Position numbers and translations under genes: made by a program
Shown here: positions 36,660 to 45,561 of the stretch, one piece after another
Numbering within the stretch: position 1 is the stretch's first letter
How the letters are laid out: every line of letters begins with the position of its first letter
The notes under the pieces: model-generated
Seen by the model: only the letters and a program-made list of their open reading frames with translations
Told to the model about the DNA's origin: nothing
Databases searched by the model: none
Source: a virus
Lineage: Duplodnaviria > Caudoviricetes
Length of the DNA: 64,000 nucleotides
Virus record (IMG/VR): IMGVR_UViG_3300037808_002146
Strand: one strand, 5' to 3'

Positions 36660-38202
36660 ATACTAATTTATCTTGTGGCGTGTCACCGCCCAAGCCTTCC
36701 TTTATTTGCGAATATAGGGATTCAGCAACTTCTCTGCCGTACTCTATATCAGTGGGAAAATGAACTCCCCTGTCTACCCTAGATTGGGAAATCACTTCTG
36801 CTATTTTGACTAGATTTTCTTCGTGCTCTGGAAACTGGCTACTTAACATCTTTGCCACTACGTAGGCCTGAATCGTATGGCCGCTTGGGTATGATGGCGA
36901 TTGAGCTGACTCAAGTTTATCGCCAGAAAAATCTACGCCCATACTTGATGCTAACGCTACAGGCCGGGGTCTATCGTAGTAATCTTTCAGTTTTATAATA
37001 AAAGGTTTTAAACTGCCAATCAGCATATCGTAGTAGTCTACGTTATATGTTTTGCCTTTGGATTCTAAGAATATTTGAAATAGTTTATCGAAGCTTTCAT
37101 CGCACATTTTTTGTAGTTTGTTCGAAACTTTTCTTTTTTGATATTGCGCCACAACAGTTGCTAGATCTTTTGCTTGCTCTTCGACAGACAACGGGTAACT
37201 CTTATGCTCGAAATAGTATTTCCCAGATGGAATAACTGAGATGGATTCTCCTATCAATCTATCTAAAGACTCTTTAACAGTTGGATCGTTTTTCCCAGTG
37301 TCTGCTTCTTCCTTTTCCTCTTCTGGGTTTTCTATCTTTTTTACAAATGCTTTTATTGGATTTGCAACAACTGCCCACACCACTTTAATTCCGCCAAATA
37401 TTTTCCCTAAAAACTTGAAGAGAGTTACTATTCCACCAGAGACTGCCCCCGCTATCGCATCAACGGCTAACCCTTTTATAAAATCAGCGCCTATACTCTT
37501 TGCAGCAAGTTTAACTTTCTCTATCATCTTTTTTAATTCAGACGAATTTTCGCTCGACATGCCGGGAACACTTTCTGATTCCTCTTTTAGTAAAGAGCTG
37601 TCATATAGAGATGAAACTAAACTCAATTTAGCAACATAAGACTCGCTTAATCCAGACTTTATTTTTTCAACAAGGTCAAAATCTAAAAGCTCTGCGTCTT
37701 CGAGTTTGTCCCATACAAATTTAACTCCAACGGAGGCTGCTATTGCGAATAGAACTTTTTTCCACCCATCGATACTTTTGACTTTCTCATAAGCAGCCAC
37801 TACAGCACTTTTTATTTTTTCGATAAAGGTGACCAACACTTCAGCAGGTTTAAACTTACTTAAGAGATTTTTTCCAATATCGAGAATATTCTTCATCCAC
37901 TCTATTAGCTTGTCGTATTTTTTGTCAACTATTTTCATTACTTCGCTAACAAAAATTTTAATCCTAGAAGCATCTTCCATTACATACCGCATAGCTAAAC
38001 CCGCGGTTTTCATATCGCCTGCTAGCTCTTTAAAGCTGTCGAAAAAACCTTCGAGTAAAAGTTGCTCCTCTATTATTCTTTGCCTTAACCCTGAGGAATA
38101 TGGCGTAGATTCATTGAGGGGAATCTTAATCCCTAATACGCCTGTAACATAGCTGTGTTCGAATATTTTTGGAGAAAACTTATTGATAATTAAAGAACTC
38201 AT
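36643..38202 (-). CDS. protein with a C-terminal PAP2 (acid phosphatase/haloperoxidase-fold) domain
   Basis: KDYYDRPRP, PSYPSGH, SRVDRGVHFPTD; helical N-terminal half with LLE/LSE/LKE motifs. Confidence 0.85.
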   Translation of the reverse strand: MSSLIINKFSPKIFEHSYVTGVLGIKIPLNESTPYSSGLRQRIIEEQLLLEGFFDSFKELAGDMKTAGLAMRYVMEDASRIKIFVSEVMKIVDKKYDKLIEWMKNILDIGKNLLSKFKPAEVLVTFIEKIKSAVVAAYEKVKSIDGWKKVLFAIAASVGVKFVWDKLEDAELLDFDLVEKIKSGLSESYVAKLSLVSSLYDSSLLKEESESVPGMSSENSSELKKMIEKVKLAAKSIGADFIKGLAVDAIAGAVSGGIVTLFKFLGKIFGGIKVVWAVVANPIKAFVKKIENPEEEKEEADTGKNDPTVKESLDRLIGESISVIPSGKYYFEHKSYPLSVEEQAKDLATVVAQYQKRKVSNKLQKMCDESFDKLFQIFLESKGKTYNVDYYDMLIGSLKPFIIKLKDYYDRPRPVALASSMGVDFSGDKLESAQSPSYPSGHTIQAYVVAKMLSSQFPEHEENLVKIAEVISQSRVDRGVHFPTDIEYGREVAESLYSQIKEGLGGDTPQDKLVYDQMG

Positions 38203-38208
38203 GCTATA

Positions 38209-39018
38209 CTAACCCGCTTCCTTGATACTAAGTATTCTGACTGGAGTCGCAATATACTCATTCCACAGAGAAGTTCGAACTTCACTGTCACATGAATCCA
38301 GTTCTCTGCAAATATTATCTTGATCTCGACCCGGATACTCTAACCGATGCATGTTACAAGCTCGTCTGCCAGTGTCAACTGCTACTGACTTAATGTCACT
38401 TCTAAAGCCTCCACGGACGTTACCTACTAGTTCTATCACCAAGTTAGACTCTGGGCGGAAGAAGGGACGTTCTGCAACCGTGAAGCATGATATATCGAAA
38501 GGGTGGCCTGAATCAATGGCTGCCTGGATTCTTTCTACTCCCGTCTGAGTTGTATAGTGACTCAAGCGCTTTTGGTTATTTAGACCACCATAAATCTGAG
38601 TGGTAAACTCTTCATCCATTAGCGCATAAGGCTCAAGATCGCCACGAGAATAAAAATAAGCAAACTTCAATTTACTTATATCGGGAAAGTAACTACCAAA
38701 CTCTCGATCTAATCCCCAAAATCGGTGGTTGGCAAAGTCCTCGATGAAGTCTAGAATGTTCTTCTGAGTTAGGAGATCATATCTCTCTACCTCTGTATTA
38801 TATTGAAAACCAAAATATTCATCGATTATCTGAAGTAGTCTCTGATTTAAACTCTGGCCTCCGCGAGTATCGACACCTTGCTTTTGAAGTTCTAGTAATT
38901 CTTCTACCACGAGCTCCCATTGCAAAAGTGTATGAAAAGAGGAAGACGGTTTAATGTATCCAAGCACTCTCGTCTTCTCATTCAGTAACCCTCTTATGTA
39001 TTCACGGAGTAGATTCAT
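38209..39018 (-). CDS. hypothetical protein with MNLLREYIR leader
   Basis: begins MNLLREYIRGLLNE. Confidence 0.7.
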   Translation of the reverse strand: MNLLREYIRGLLNEKTRVLGYIKPSSSFHTLLQWELVVEELLELQKQGVDTRGGQSLNQRLLQIIDEYFGFQYNTEVERYDLLTQKNILDFIEDFANHRFWGLDREFGSYFPDISKLKFAYFYSRGDLEPYALMDEEFTTQIYGGLNNQKRLSHYTTQTGVERIQAAIDSGHPFDISCFTVAERPFFRPESNLVIELVGNVRGGFRSDIKSVAVDTGRRACNMHRLEYPGRDQDNICRELDSCDSEVRTSLWNEYIATPVRILSIKEAG

Positions 39019-39632
39019 TTTTCTATTAGCCTTCCTGCTGCGCGCAGCTTATTTAAAGTTGTTGGCGGCTTAGTATATCGTTTACTGAGAGGTGATTGAT
39101 CCCACTTATCTCCGTATGTGTTGATTGTTTTTGACTGCAAGCAATCGTCTTCTTCGATGTCTGGCGTGAGCTTCTGGACATTTAGGTCAGTATAATAAGC
39201 AGCTTCTATGTCAGTTAAGTCCAGCTGGTATGATTGAACATCTCCTCTGTCATTGAAGTAATAGCTCCAAACATTTTGAGCTGCATTTGAAACTGATCTT
39301 CTGTCGGGTGTTAGACCGCCGCCGTCTTGCGTAGCAACTTCCATTGCAACATCATAAAGCATAGGACCCCAACCCTTTGTCGCCATGGTAGACACTACAA
39401 TGAATGCGCCGTCGCATGGGCCGGTTCCTTTGGAAGCGCGGTCAATGGTGACCTCGCCGTAGACGCCTCTGTACCCGTCTTTTGGTTCGCCATTTTTGTC
39501 TGAATAATATATAGTGTAGTCAGTAAGTTCGTCTTTGGAAACAGTGACGTATATGTCTTTTTCGACTAGCGCATCTACGCCTAAGGCGGCTTCCTTCAGT
39601 AACTCACTTATGTACTCGCGGAGTAGACTCAT
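39015..39632 (-). CDS. GNAT-fold-like protein with MSLLREYI leader
   Basis: KGWGPMLYD..LTPDR.SVS..A..VW; paralogue of 42086..42664. Confidence 0.55.
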   Translation of the reverse strand: MSLLREYISELLKEAALGVDALVEKDIYVTVSKDELTDYTIYYSDKNGEPKDGYRGVYGEVTIDRASKGTGPCDGAFIVVSTMATKGWGPMLYDVAMEVATQDGGGLTPDRRSVSNAAQNVWSYYFNDRGDVQSYQLDLTDIEAAYYTDLNVQKLTPDIEEDDCLQSKTINTYGDKWDQSPLSKRYTKPPTTLNKLRAAGRLIEK

Positions 39633-39633
39633 T

Positions 39634-39936
39634 TTAGTAACCGGCTTTTCCTCTAACGCCTACGTCCATGTCGCCGTAAGTGGTCTGTAGCTGCTCGCGA
39701 GATCTTACACGTCGGTCAGGAATCTCCTCCATTCCTGAGCCATCTTCGTAGCCTCGATCATAAGAAGCCATTAATTCCTCATCGCCATCGATCCAGTCAT
39801 GATAACTACCGGCGTCATACCCTTCCTCTGCATCTGTAGCACCAGAATCATATGCACTCACAATTTGATCCTCACGATCACGATTGCGGATCGATTCTCG
39901 AATAACTCTTCTTAGCTGGCGTTTGGTGATTCTCAT
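39634..39936 (-). CDS. acidic protein with MRITKRQLRR leader
   Basis: shared leader. Confidence 0.7.
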   Translation of the reverse strand: MRITKRQLRRVIRESIRNRDREDQIVSAYDSGATDAEEGYDAGSYHDWIDGDEELMASYDRGYEDGSGMEEIPDRRVRSREQLQTTYGDMDVGVRGKAGY

Positions 39937-40265
39937 TAGAGTACTCCTTTTAAAATCTGTTTCCAGGAAGCAGGCATATTGTCTGGCGATGTGCCTTCGT
40001 ATACCTCTTCGCGTTCGATGAAACTGTGATCTGCATGCGGATCATTCATACTATCTCTTTCTCCAGCTTTTTTTCCCGCCATATAATCTGGATCTTCTAA
40101 GCTACTCATAGATACGGGCATTTTCCCTTCTAGTCCATCAGTATAGCCCATGGAATTCATACGGTCTTTCCAGCTCTGACGTTTTGTAACGTCTGGAATC
40201 TCATTGCCCGCCTTGTCAATAGCTTCGCGAATAATTCTTTGAAGTTGTCTCTTTGTTATTTTCAT
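39936..40265 (-). CDS. protein with MKITKRQLQR leader
   Basis: shared leader; TAATG coupling. Confidence 0.7.
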   Translation of the reverse strand: MKITKRQLQRIIREAIDKAGNEIPDVTKRQSWKDRMNSMGYTDGLEGKMPVSMSSLEDPDYMAGKKAGERDSMNDPHADHSFIEREEVYEGTSPDNMPASWKQILKGVL

Positions 40266-40882
40266 TATGCTCCACCCATCCTAGTCACTGCGGCAACAAT
40301 ATCTTCGTAAGTAAATTCGCCTGGATAACTTGCTAACGCATCATCGATAGCTTGCTGATTTCCATCTTGCATCATAGGCGCATCTAAACTGTATCCCATT
40401 TCACGTGCGGCTGCTAACGCACCTTTTGGATCTGGATTTGATGGGGGTTTTCCATAACTACCACCCAAGGCAATTGCATGCTTGCCAGAGATAGGTGGGC
40501 CAGCAGTCTGGCTTTCATTAATGGTTTGTCGAATGATTCTTCTTAATCGTCTCTTTGTGATTCTCATTTTAGATTCCCCTAGTTCGCTTGGTACTTTATT
40601 TAATGTGCCAGGTGCCCAATGCTGGCGTACTGATTCTAGATCAGCTGGGTCTGCATCACTTCCATTGTATGCGTACGGATCGGGTGCTAGCAGTATTTCT
40701 ACAGGGACGGCACCTTCTCCACCATAACCGCTGTCATAAGCTTGCTGCGCGCCGGCTTCATTACTCCACCAAATTGGAGTCCGTGTTTTCTGAGATTTTG
40801 CAAGTGTACCATCGAGGCCGAGTAGAAACCAGCCTTTAGATTCTTTAATGATTCTTCTTAGCTGTCGTTTTGTGATTTTCAT
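40265..40882 (-). CDS. two-module protein, each module with a MKITKRQLRR-type leader
   Basis: second in-frame leader at 40567 preceded by the RBS-like GGGGAA. Confidence 0.7.
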   Translation of the reverse strand: MKITKRQLRRIIKESKGWFLLGLDGTLAKSQKTRTPIWWSNEAGAQQAYDSGYGGEGAVPVEILLAPDPYAYNGSDADPADLESVRQHWAPGTLNKVPSELGESKMRITKRRLRRIIRQTINESQTAGPPISGKHAIALGGSYGKPPSNPDPKGALAAAREMGYSLDAPMMQDGNQQAIDDALASYPGEFTYEDIVAAVTRMGGA

Positions 40883-41172
40883 AAAGTTTGTCCCGCGTTT
40901 TTTGCCTTTGCCTTTAGGGCTGAAAGAAAATGTCGAATTAATTCTAGCTGTCGAGCCGTCACCGTTTCATCCGCAGTATAATCATCTACGTCAGCTACAA
41001 AATTTTGAATCTCATACCACAAGTCTTTTGGAATTGATATAGAATCTCCTGTCGAACTTGGATCGGGGCCACCGACAGATGCGTACGGATCGTCGGGAGG
41101 GATTTGCTCATTGAGCAGTCTCTGCTTCTCTTCTCGAATGATTCTTCTTAGTTGCCTCTTTGTGATTTTCAT
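40879..41172 (-). CDS. protein with MKITKRQLRR leader
   Basis: shared leader. Confidence 0.7.
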   Translation of the reverse strand: MKITKRQLRRIIREEKQRLLNEQIPPDDPYASVGGPDPSSTGDSISIPKDLWYEIQNFVADVDDYTADETVTARQLELIRHFLSALKAKAKNAGQTL

Positions 41173-41184
41173 ACTATCCTTTTT

Positions 41185-42054
41185 TCAGTCGTACATTGGT
41201 GGTACGTGTTTAATTGGTGGACGCTTCTTTCTCAATTTAGCTCCGCCTTTATTCAAAACATCCATCACGGCTTGAAGCGTTGTGCTAAAATGTTTCATGT
41301 CGCTAGCTCTCAGGGTGACGCTCATATTACCCAAACGATCGCTAATGTCCTCTAGCGATATGGCCGTGACCTGTCCGCCTTTTTTTCGCGGTTGGTACAC
41401 AATATACTTCACATCAGCGTCACCCACCGCGGCTTGGAACGCGTCGCCTAGCGCGGCCAACTCATTTTTATTTGGGGATGAAACAATAGCGGTATTCAGT
41501 CGGTTGTCCTGTTCGTCGTATACTGCATCTTCTATTTCGGGATCACGCAATAAGTCTCTAACATCTTCAAAATCCGGGTCATCAAACTTCATGTCTTCCA
41601 ATTGGAGGTAAGCATCCTGTCCATACTCATCCACCATCAACCGGGCAAACTCATCGAGATCATCGGCCTGGAGCGCTGCTTTAGTTGCTGCAACGAAGTT
41701 ATAAGGCTGCGTACTCTCCCTAACGATTCTGATTAGTTGTCGCTTTGAGATCTTTATTTTACCCTCCTCCATAAGGTGGGCCAAGTCTACGTAGTTACCT
41801 TCCTTATCAAAACGGTAAGGCAACCCCTCCTCGTCCCATTCTACATCGTCATATTGATCTAGTGCAGAAGGGCGATCAGGGTGATCCGTAGGTGGACTCG
41901 AGGCCGGATGTCGGTCCTTTCTAGCGTCACGCTCGTTATCTGCGCGAACATTCATCTCATCATAATCGGCCTTCGATGGGATATAGATATCCCTTGGGGA
42001 TAGCATTTGGGCCTCTCTGATCATTCTTCTTAGTTGTCGTTTTGTGATTCTCAT
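41185..42054 (-). CDS. two-module protein with MRITKRQLRR leader
   Basis: internal IKISKRQLIRIVRES at 41757, preceded by GGAGG. Confidence 0.7.
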   Translation of the reverse strand: MRITKRQLRRMIREAQMLSPRDIYIPSKADYDEMNVRADNERDARKDRHPASSPPTDHPDRPSALDQYDDVEWDEEGLPYRFDKEGNYVDLAHLMEEGKIKISKRQLIRIVRESTQPYNFVAATKAALQADDLDEFARLMVDEYGQDAYLQLEDMKFDDPDFEDVRDLLRDPEIEDAVYDEQDNRLNTAIVSSPNKNELAALGDAFQAAVGDADVKYIVYQPRKKGGQVTAISLEDISDRLGNMSVTLRASDMKHFSTTLQAVMDVLNKGGAKLRKKRPPIKHVPPMYD

Positions 42055-42085
42055 TTTGTTACCTTTACGTATTCACACTGTAGTT

Positions 42086-42664
42086 TCATTCTTTTATCAT
42101 CCCACGCTTTCGTAGCTCATCCATCACGGGTGTACCCACTTTGCTTATCTTCTTTGATAAACCAGATTCATTCCAAGAAGGGCCGTACTTGTCGTACGCC
42201 GGTACTTGATCACAATCATCAGACTTGTCACCGGGCGTAAGCTGGTCTTCTCCGTAAGAATTCATGTAATCGATATCTAATTGGTCTACTTGGACGTCCT
42301 TACGATAGTTTGTGTAGTAATCCCAAACTGCTTCAGCTTCGTCGGAAACCTGGGTTCTGTCGGCAGCTAGACCACCTGTAGCTTCAATCGCAATGTCGTA
42401 GGCCAGCGGACCATATCCACCTTCCGCCTCAGCAATGCTTACGATGCTTGCTCCGGAGCACTTACCATGCATACCGTCGGTCGGATCGAAACTAACTTGA
42501 GCTAATGTTTTATTTTGCCGGTCTTTTACTAGTACTTGATATCTATTGATTTTGACTTTGCCGCCTTCTTCATCTTCTAGTCTATCGATCATTTTCATGA
42601 TTTTAGGGTGGATAGTAGTAGATTCAGTTAGCAGCTCTCTTATGTATTCGCGCAGTAGATTCAT
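42086..42664 (-). CDS. GNAT-fold-like protein with MNLLREYIR leader
   Basis: GGYGPLAYD..LAADR..VS..A..VW; paralogue of 39015..39632. Confidence 0.55.
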   Translation of the reverse strand: MNLLREYIRELLTESTTIHPKIMKMIDRLEDEEGGKVKINRYQVLVKDRQNKTLAQVSFDPTDGMHGKCSGASIVSIAEAEGGYGPLAYDIAIEATGGLAADRTQVSDEAEAVWDYYTNYRKDVQVDQLDIDYMNSYGEDQLTPGDKSDDCDQVPAYDKYGPSWNESGLSKKISKVGTPVMDELRKRGMIKE

Positions 42665-42930
42665 TTTTTAGACTTGTCTTTTTTATCGATGATGGCTTTT
42701 TGCAAGCCGTCTGGTAACGTAGTTTGATCACCGACAAGAGCTGGATTCGCGTTGTATTTGATTGTTGACTCTTGCTCAGCCTCATCAATATCTAGAGTCT
42801 TTGGATACCCTTTTTCCCCAGGCTTAGCTGGCCTTTCACCACGCTTACGCTTAGCATGAATATTTGCCCATAAGCCTTTACCTTTTTTTTCTATCAATAA
42901 CTCTCTTATATATTTTCGCAATAAATTCAT
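42661..42930 (-). CDS. basic protein with MNLLRKYIR leader
   Basis: GLWANIHAKRKRG segment after LLIE. Confidence 0.65.
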   Translation of the reverse strand: MNLLRKYIRELLIEKKGKGLWANIHAKRKRGERPAKPGEKGYPKTLDIDEAEQESTIKYNANPALVGDQTTLPDGLQKAIIDKKDKSKK

Positions 42931-42959
42931 TTTTTGTCTATTTTCCTATTATTAGATTG

Positions 42960-43373
42960 TTAACCTAAGTGATCATCCCATACTTCGTCAGCTGGATCTG
43001 GAAAGAAAGCCGGAAACCAACGAGAAGCTTTCATGCCTAGAATAGTTTTTTCCCACGGCGGTTCTTTATTTGGGTTTTGATTTTTCCACTCTTCTCTGGC
43101 TTCCTCTGCGCGGAGTGTTACGTTTGCAATTTTTTCTTTTAAATCTTTAACATATTTTTCGTCGCCATACCCAGGGATAGACTCTGCATTAGACTCCATC
43201 CATTTATGTAACTTCTCAAAGTAGGGTGCAATCATTCTCTCTGTGCCGTTATGGATTGCATCGTCTATTTTTTTGACAAAACCCATAGCAGTTTTAATAA
43301 TATTTTCTTCTAAAACTTTTTGCTGGTGTTCTTCTTCTAGCAATTCTCTTATGTATTCGCGGAGAAGATTCAT
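42960..43373 (-). CDS. protein with MNLLREYIR leader
   Basis: start reassigned to MNLL. Confidence 0.65.
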   Translation of the reverse strand: MNLLREYIRELLEEEHQQKVLEENIIKTAMGFVKKIDDAIHNGTERMIAPYFEKLHKWMESNAESIPGYGDEKYVKDLKEKIANVTLRAEEAREEWKNQNPNKEPPWEKTILGMKASRWFPAFFPDPADEVWDDHLG

Positions 43374-43582
43374 ACCTTGCACCCCTTGGGGAGTTGAGAT
43401 ACTAAGCTTTTTTTATAAACTTCAATGTTGGGTTGTGACCACTTAATTTGAGGGCAGTATATCCTATACTCTTCTTGATCTTTGAGAAACAGCTCGAGCG
43501 CGGTGACGTCGCGTTTCATATTATTTGTATCTTGGACAGAAGCAACGCTAAATACCGCTGCAAATAATATTTCAGCAATCAT
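43370..43582 (-). CDS. small exported protein
   Basis: hydrophobic N-terminus, two Cys. Confidence 0.55.
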   Translation of the reverse strand: MIAEILFAAVFSVASVQDTNNMKRDVTALELFLKDQEEYRIYCPQIKWSQPNIEVYKKSLVSQLPKGCKV

Positions 43583-43854
43583 CTCGCTTTCCTCGTAATC
43601 ATAATTTCTATTCGGCCCAGCGATCCTTTCATATATTCGATATCTTTTTCGATACCAATTATCTGCTTCGCATTAGTGTCAGATCCCTCTATTTTTTTCG
43701 ATAGTACGCTAATAACTGCCTCTGCATCTCCCAAGTCGTTCTTGAGTTCAGCAACTTTTACGTTTGTGCTCCAGACCCAACCGGCGAGTGGAAGGACTAA
43801 AACTGACATTATTAGTGAAAACACTTTCCACAAATCATCTTTTGAAACGGCCAT
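43579..43854 (-). CDS. membrane-anchored coiled-coil protein
   Basis: TM helix followed by heptads. Confidence 0.6.
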   Translation of the reverse strand: MAVSKDDLWKVFSLIMSVLVLPLAGWVWSTNVKVAELKNDLGDAEAVISVLSKKIEGSDTNAKQIIGIEKDIEYMKGSLGRIEIMITRKAR

Positions 43855-43877
43855 TGTAACTTACCTCTCTTTCTTTT

Positions 43878-44522
43878 CTACGAAGGATTTCCTAGGATTA
43901 TTTTAGTAGAGCTATGACTACCAAAAGACTTCGTATACCACCCATTTACTGATTTAAATAATGCGGGAGCGTTAGAGTCGGGATGAGCGCCATGAAAAAT
44001 ATAATCATCGCCAGACAATAGTTTAGCGACTTTGTTCTCATCTTCAACGGCAATAGCCCCTCTTTTGAGCATAGCATATGCAGGTTTACCACTCACTTCT
44101 CCCCACCAGTTACCTATACCTGCGATAGCACCCCCCGCTCTTAAATCAGCTGACTTGCTTTTATATTCTGCAGCTGCAAGGCCAGAGCCGTCATTTGCTG
44201 CGGCTCCCATTTTTACGCCAGCTATATCGGGCTTTCCCATTATAGCAACGTCTATGTCTGGATCATCATCGATATCTTTCACAACCCAATATGTGTACCT
44301 GTCTAAGCTGCTTGGGCTTGAAATTTTAAAATGGCCGCCAATAGGCTCATACGTTTGTTGAACTAAATCAAACAAATTTTGCTTGACTAACTCTCTTCTA
44401 GGATCTCCCGAAGCTAGCAAAGTCCATTCATTTTCAGGTATCACCCCGCCAGTTTCAAGAAACAACCCTCTAGAAATTGACTCTCTAATAATTTTTCTTA
44501 ACTGTCTTTTTTTGATTTTCAT
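43878..44522 (-). CDS. protein with MKIKKRQLRK leader
   Basis: start reassigned to the leader Met; DIDDDPDID segment. Confidence 0.7.
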   Translation of the reverse strand: MKIKKRQLRKIIRESISRGLFLETGGVIPENEWTLLASGDPRRELVKQNLFDLVQQTYEPIGGHFKISSPSSLDRYTYWVVKDIDDDPDIDVAIMGKPDIAGVKMGAAANDGSGLAAAEYKSKSADLRAGGAIAGIGNWWGEVSGKPAYAMLKRGAIAVEDENKVAKLLSGDDYIFHGAHPDSNAPALFKSVNGWYTKSFGSHSSTKIILGNPS

Positions 44523-44797
44523 ATGTAGATTCCCGTGTGGATTATCCCATTGCCCTCTATAGAGCCATCGGGCCAAACCTTAACCCAGTATTGATGCATA
44601 TCCTCAGCGTGCTCAATATGACCGGTGTCGATAATAACTTCGCCGTCTCCCTCTACCGTGACGGGAGTGCGATCGCCAAATATATCCTCAGCAAATTTAG
44701 TCTCTCTTGCCAGTTTTGCTTCCCTACCATGAATCGGTCCATACGTACTAACAGCTTCTTTGATAATTTTCCTAAGTTGTTGTTTGGTCATTTTCAT
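44519..44797 (-). CDS. protein with MKMTKQQLRK leader
   Basis: shared leader. Confidence 0.65.
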   Translation of the reverse strand: MKMTKQQLRKIIKEAVSTYGPIHGREAKLARETKFAEDIFGDRTPVTVEGDGEVIIDTGHIEHAEDMHQYWVKVWPDGSIEGNGIIHTGIYI

Positions 44798-44815
44798 TTT
44801 TTCTTTTTTCTACTT

Positions 44816-45061
44816 TCATCTCAAGGAGGGATCTTTTTTTGTAGATTTTAGCTTTGGAAGGAAATCCTTTTTAAGCTTCAACAATCCTTCAAAGTTAACT
44901 TTTTGTCGAGCGTCAGTATACAGAACTTGCGGTTTTTTATACTCTCCGTTTATCAACAAATCATCAAAATTATAAAACTTTGTCTTCAGAGGTTTAGGAT
45001 TTGATCCCATCAAAAAAAATGTAAGGAGTAATAAGAGAAATATATTTTTACGCAATGTCAA
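44816..45061 (-). CDS. probable homologue of gliding-motility protein CglF/GltF
   Basis: signal peptide plus NFDD..I.G...KP...Y..AR.KV.F..L.....DF pattern, recalled from myxobacterial CglF. Confidence 0.6.
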   Translation of the reverse strand: MTLRKNIFLLLLLTFFLMGSNPKPLKTKFYNFDDLLINGEYKKPQVLYTDARQKVNFEGLLKLKKDFLPKLKSTKKDPSLR

Positions 45062-45067
45062 CCTACC

Positions 45068-45406
45068 CTACATAAACACTTGAATAAGTATTATGCAGAG
45101 TGACAAAAATATACACAGAATGGTCTTTATGGTAAACATAGATTCCCCAAGCAAAAACCAAGTCATTACAGGGAAAGCTAAATAGGATATACCATAGCCA
45201 ACTAGTCTAACGGACCACGCTGATGCAAAGTGAGCATAGAGGAATTTTGCTCCAAAATATCCTAAAATCGATATCGGTATCCCGAGCGTGACACAAATAG
45301 CAAACGTATTGTAGTTTTTAAAATAATCAGAAAACTGGCCATTCGCACTAACCCACGCAAGTATTTGCAAAAGTAATATTAACAAAGTTCCATACAGCAA
45401 ATTCAT
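45068..45406 (-). CDS. four-TM membrane protein (SMR/DMT-like)
   Basis: 112 aa, four hydrophobic helices, LLGE motif. Confidence 0.55.
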   Translation of the reverse strand: MNLLYGTLLILLLQILAWVSANGQFSDYFKNYNTFAICVTLGIPISILGYFGAKFLYAHFASAWSVRLVGYGISYLAFPVMTWFLLGESMFTIKTILCIFLSLCIILIQVFM

Positions 45407-45561
45407 TATTTTTTCTCAAAAAGTTCTTCCTCTGATAGAGATTCTAAAACTCCGTCTATCAGGACGTTATAAAAAATACCAACAAAAGTTTTTAAATGAG
45501 AAACTACTATCCCAATTCGGCCTTGCGTATCAATAACAAGATCACCTTTGTTAAACTTCAT
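45406..45561 (-). CDS. small SH3/KOW-like protein (51 aa)
   Basis: [20 protein letters not shown]; coupled at both ends. Confidence 0.55.
   Translation of the reverse strand: MKFNKGDLVIDTQGRIGIVVSHLKTFVGIFYNVLIDGVLESLSEEELFEKK

Larger units (their letters stand above)
39906..44797 (-). repeat. dispersed ~30-bp repeats encoding M(K/R)ITKRQLRRII
   Basis: copies begin at 39936, 40265, 40567 (internal), 40882, 41172, 42054, 44522 and 44797; degenerate internal copy at 41757. Confidence 0.9.

Noticed and set aside
39906-44797. CRISPR array or integron attC cassettes
   Set aside because: The repeats are coding, degenerate, non-palindromic and spaced by whole genes. No cas or integrase gene is in the window.
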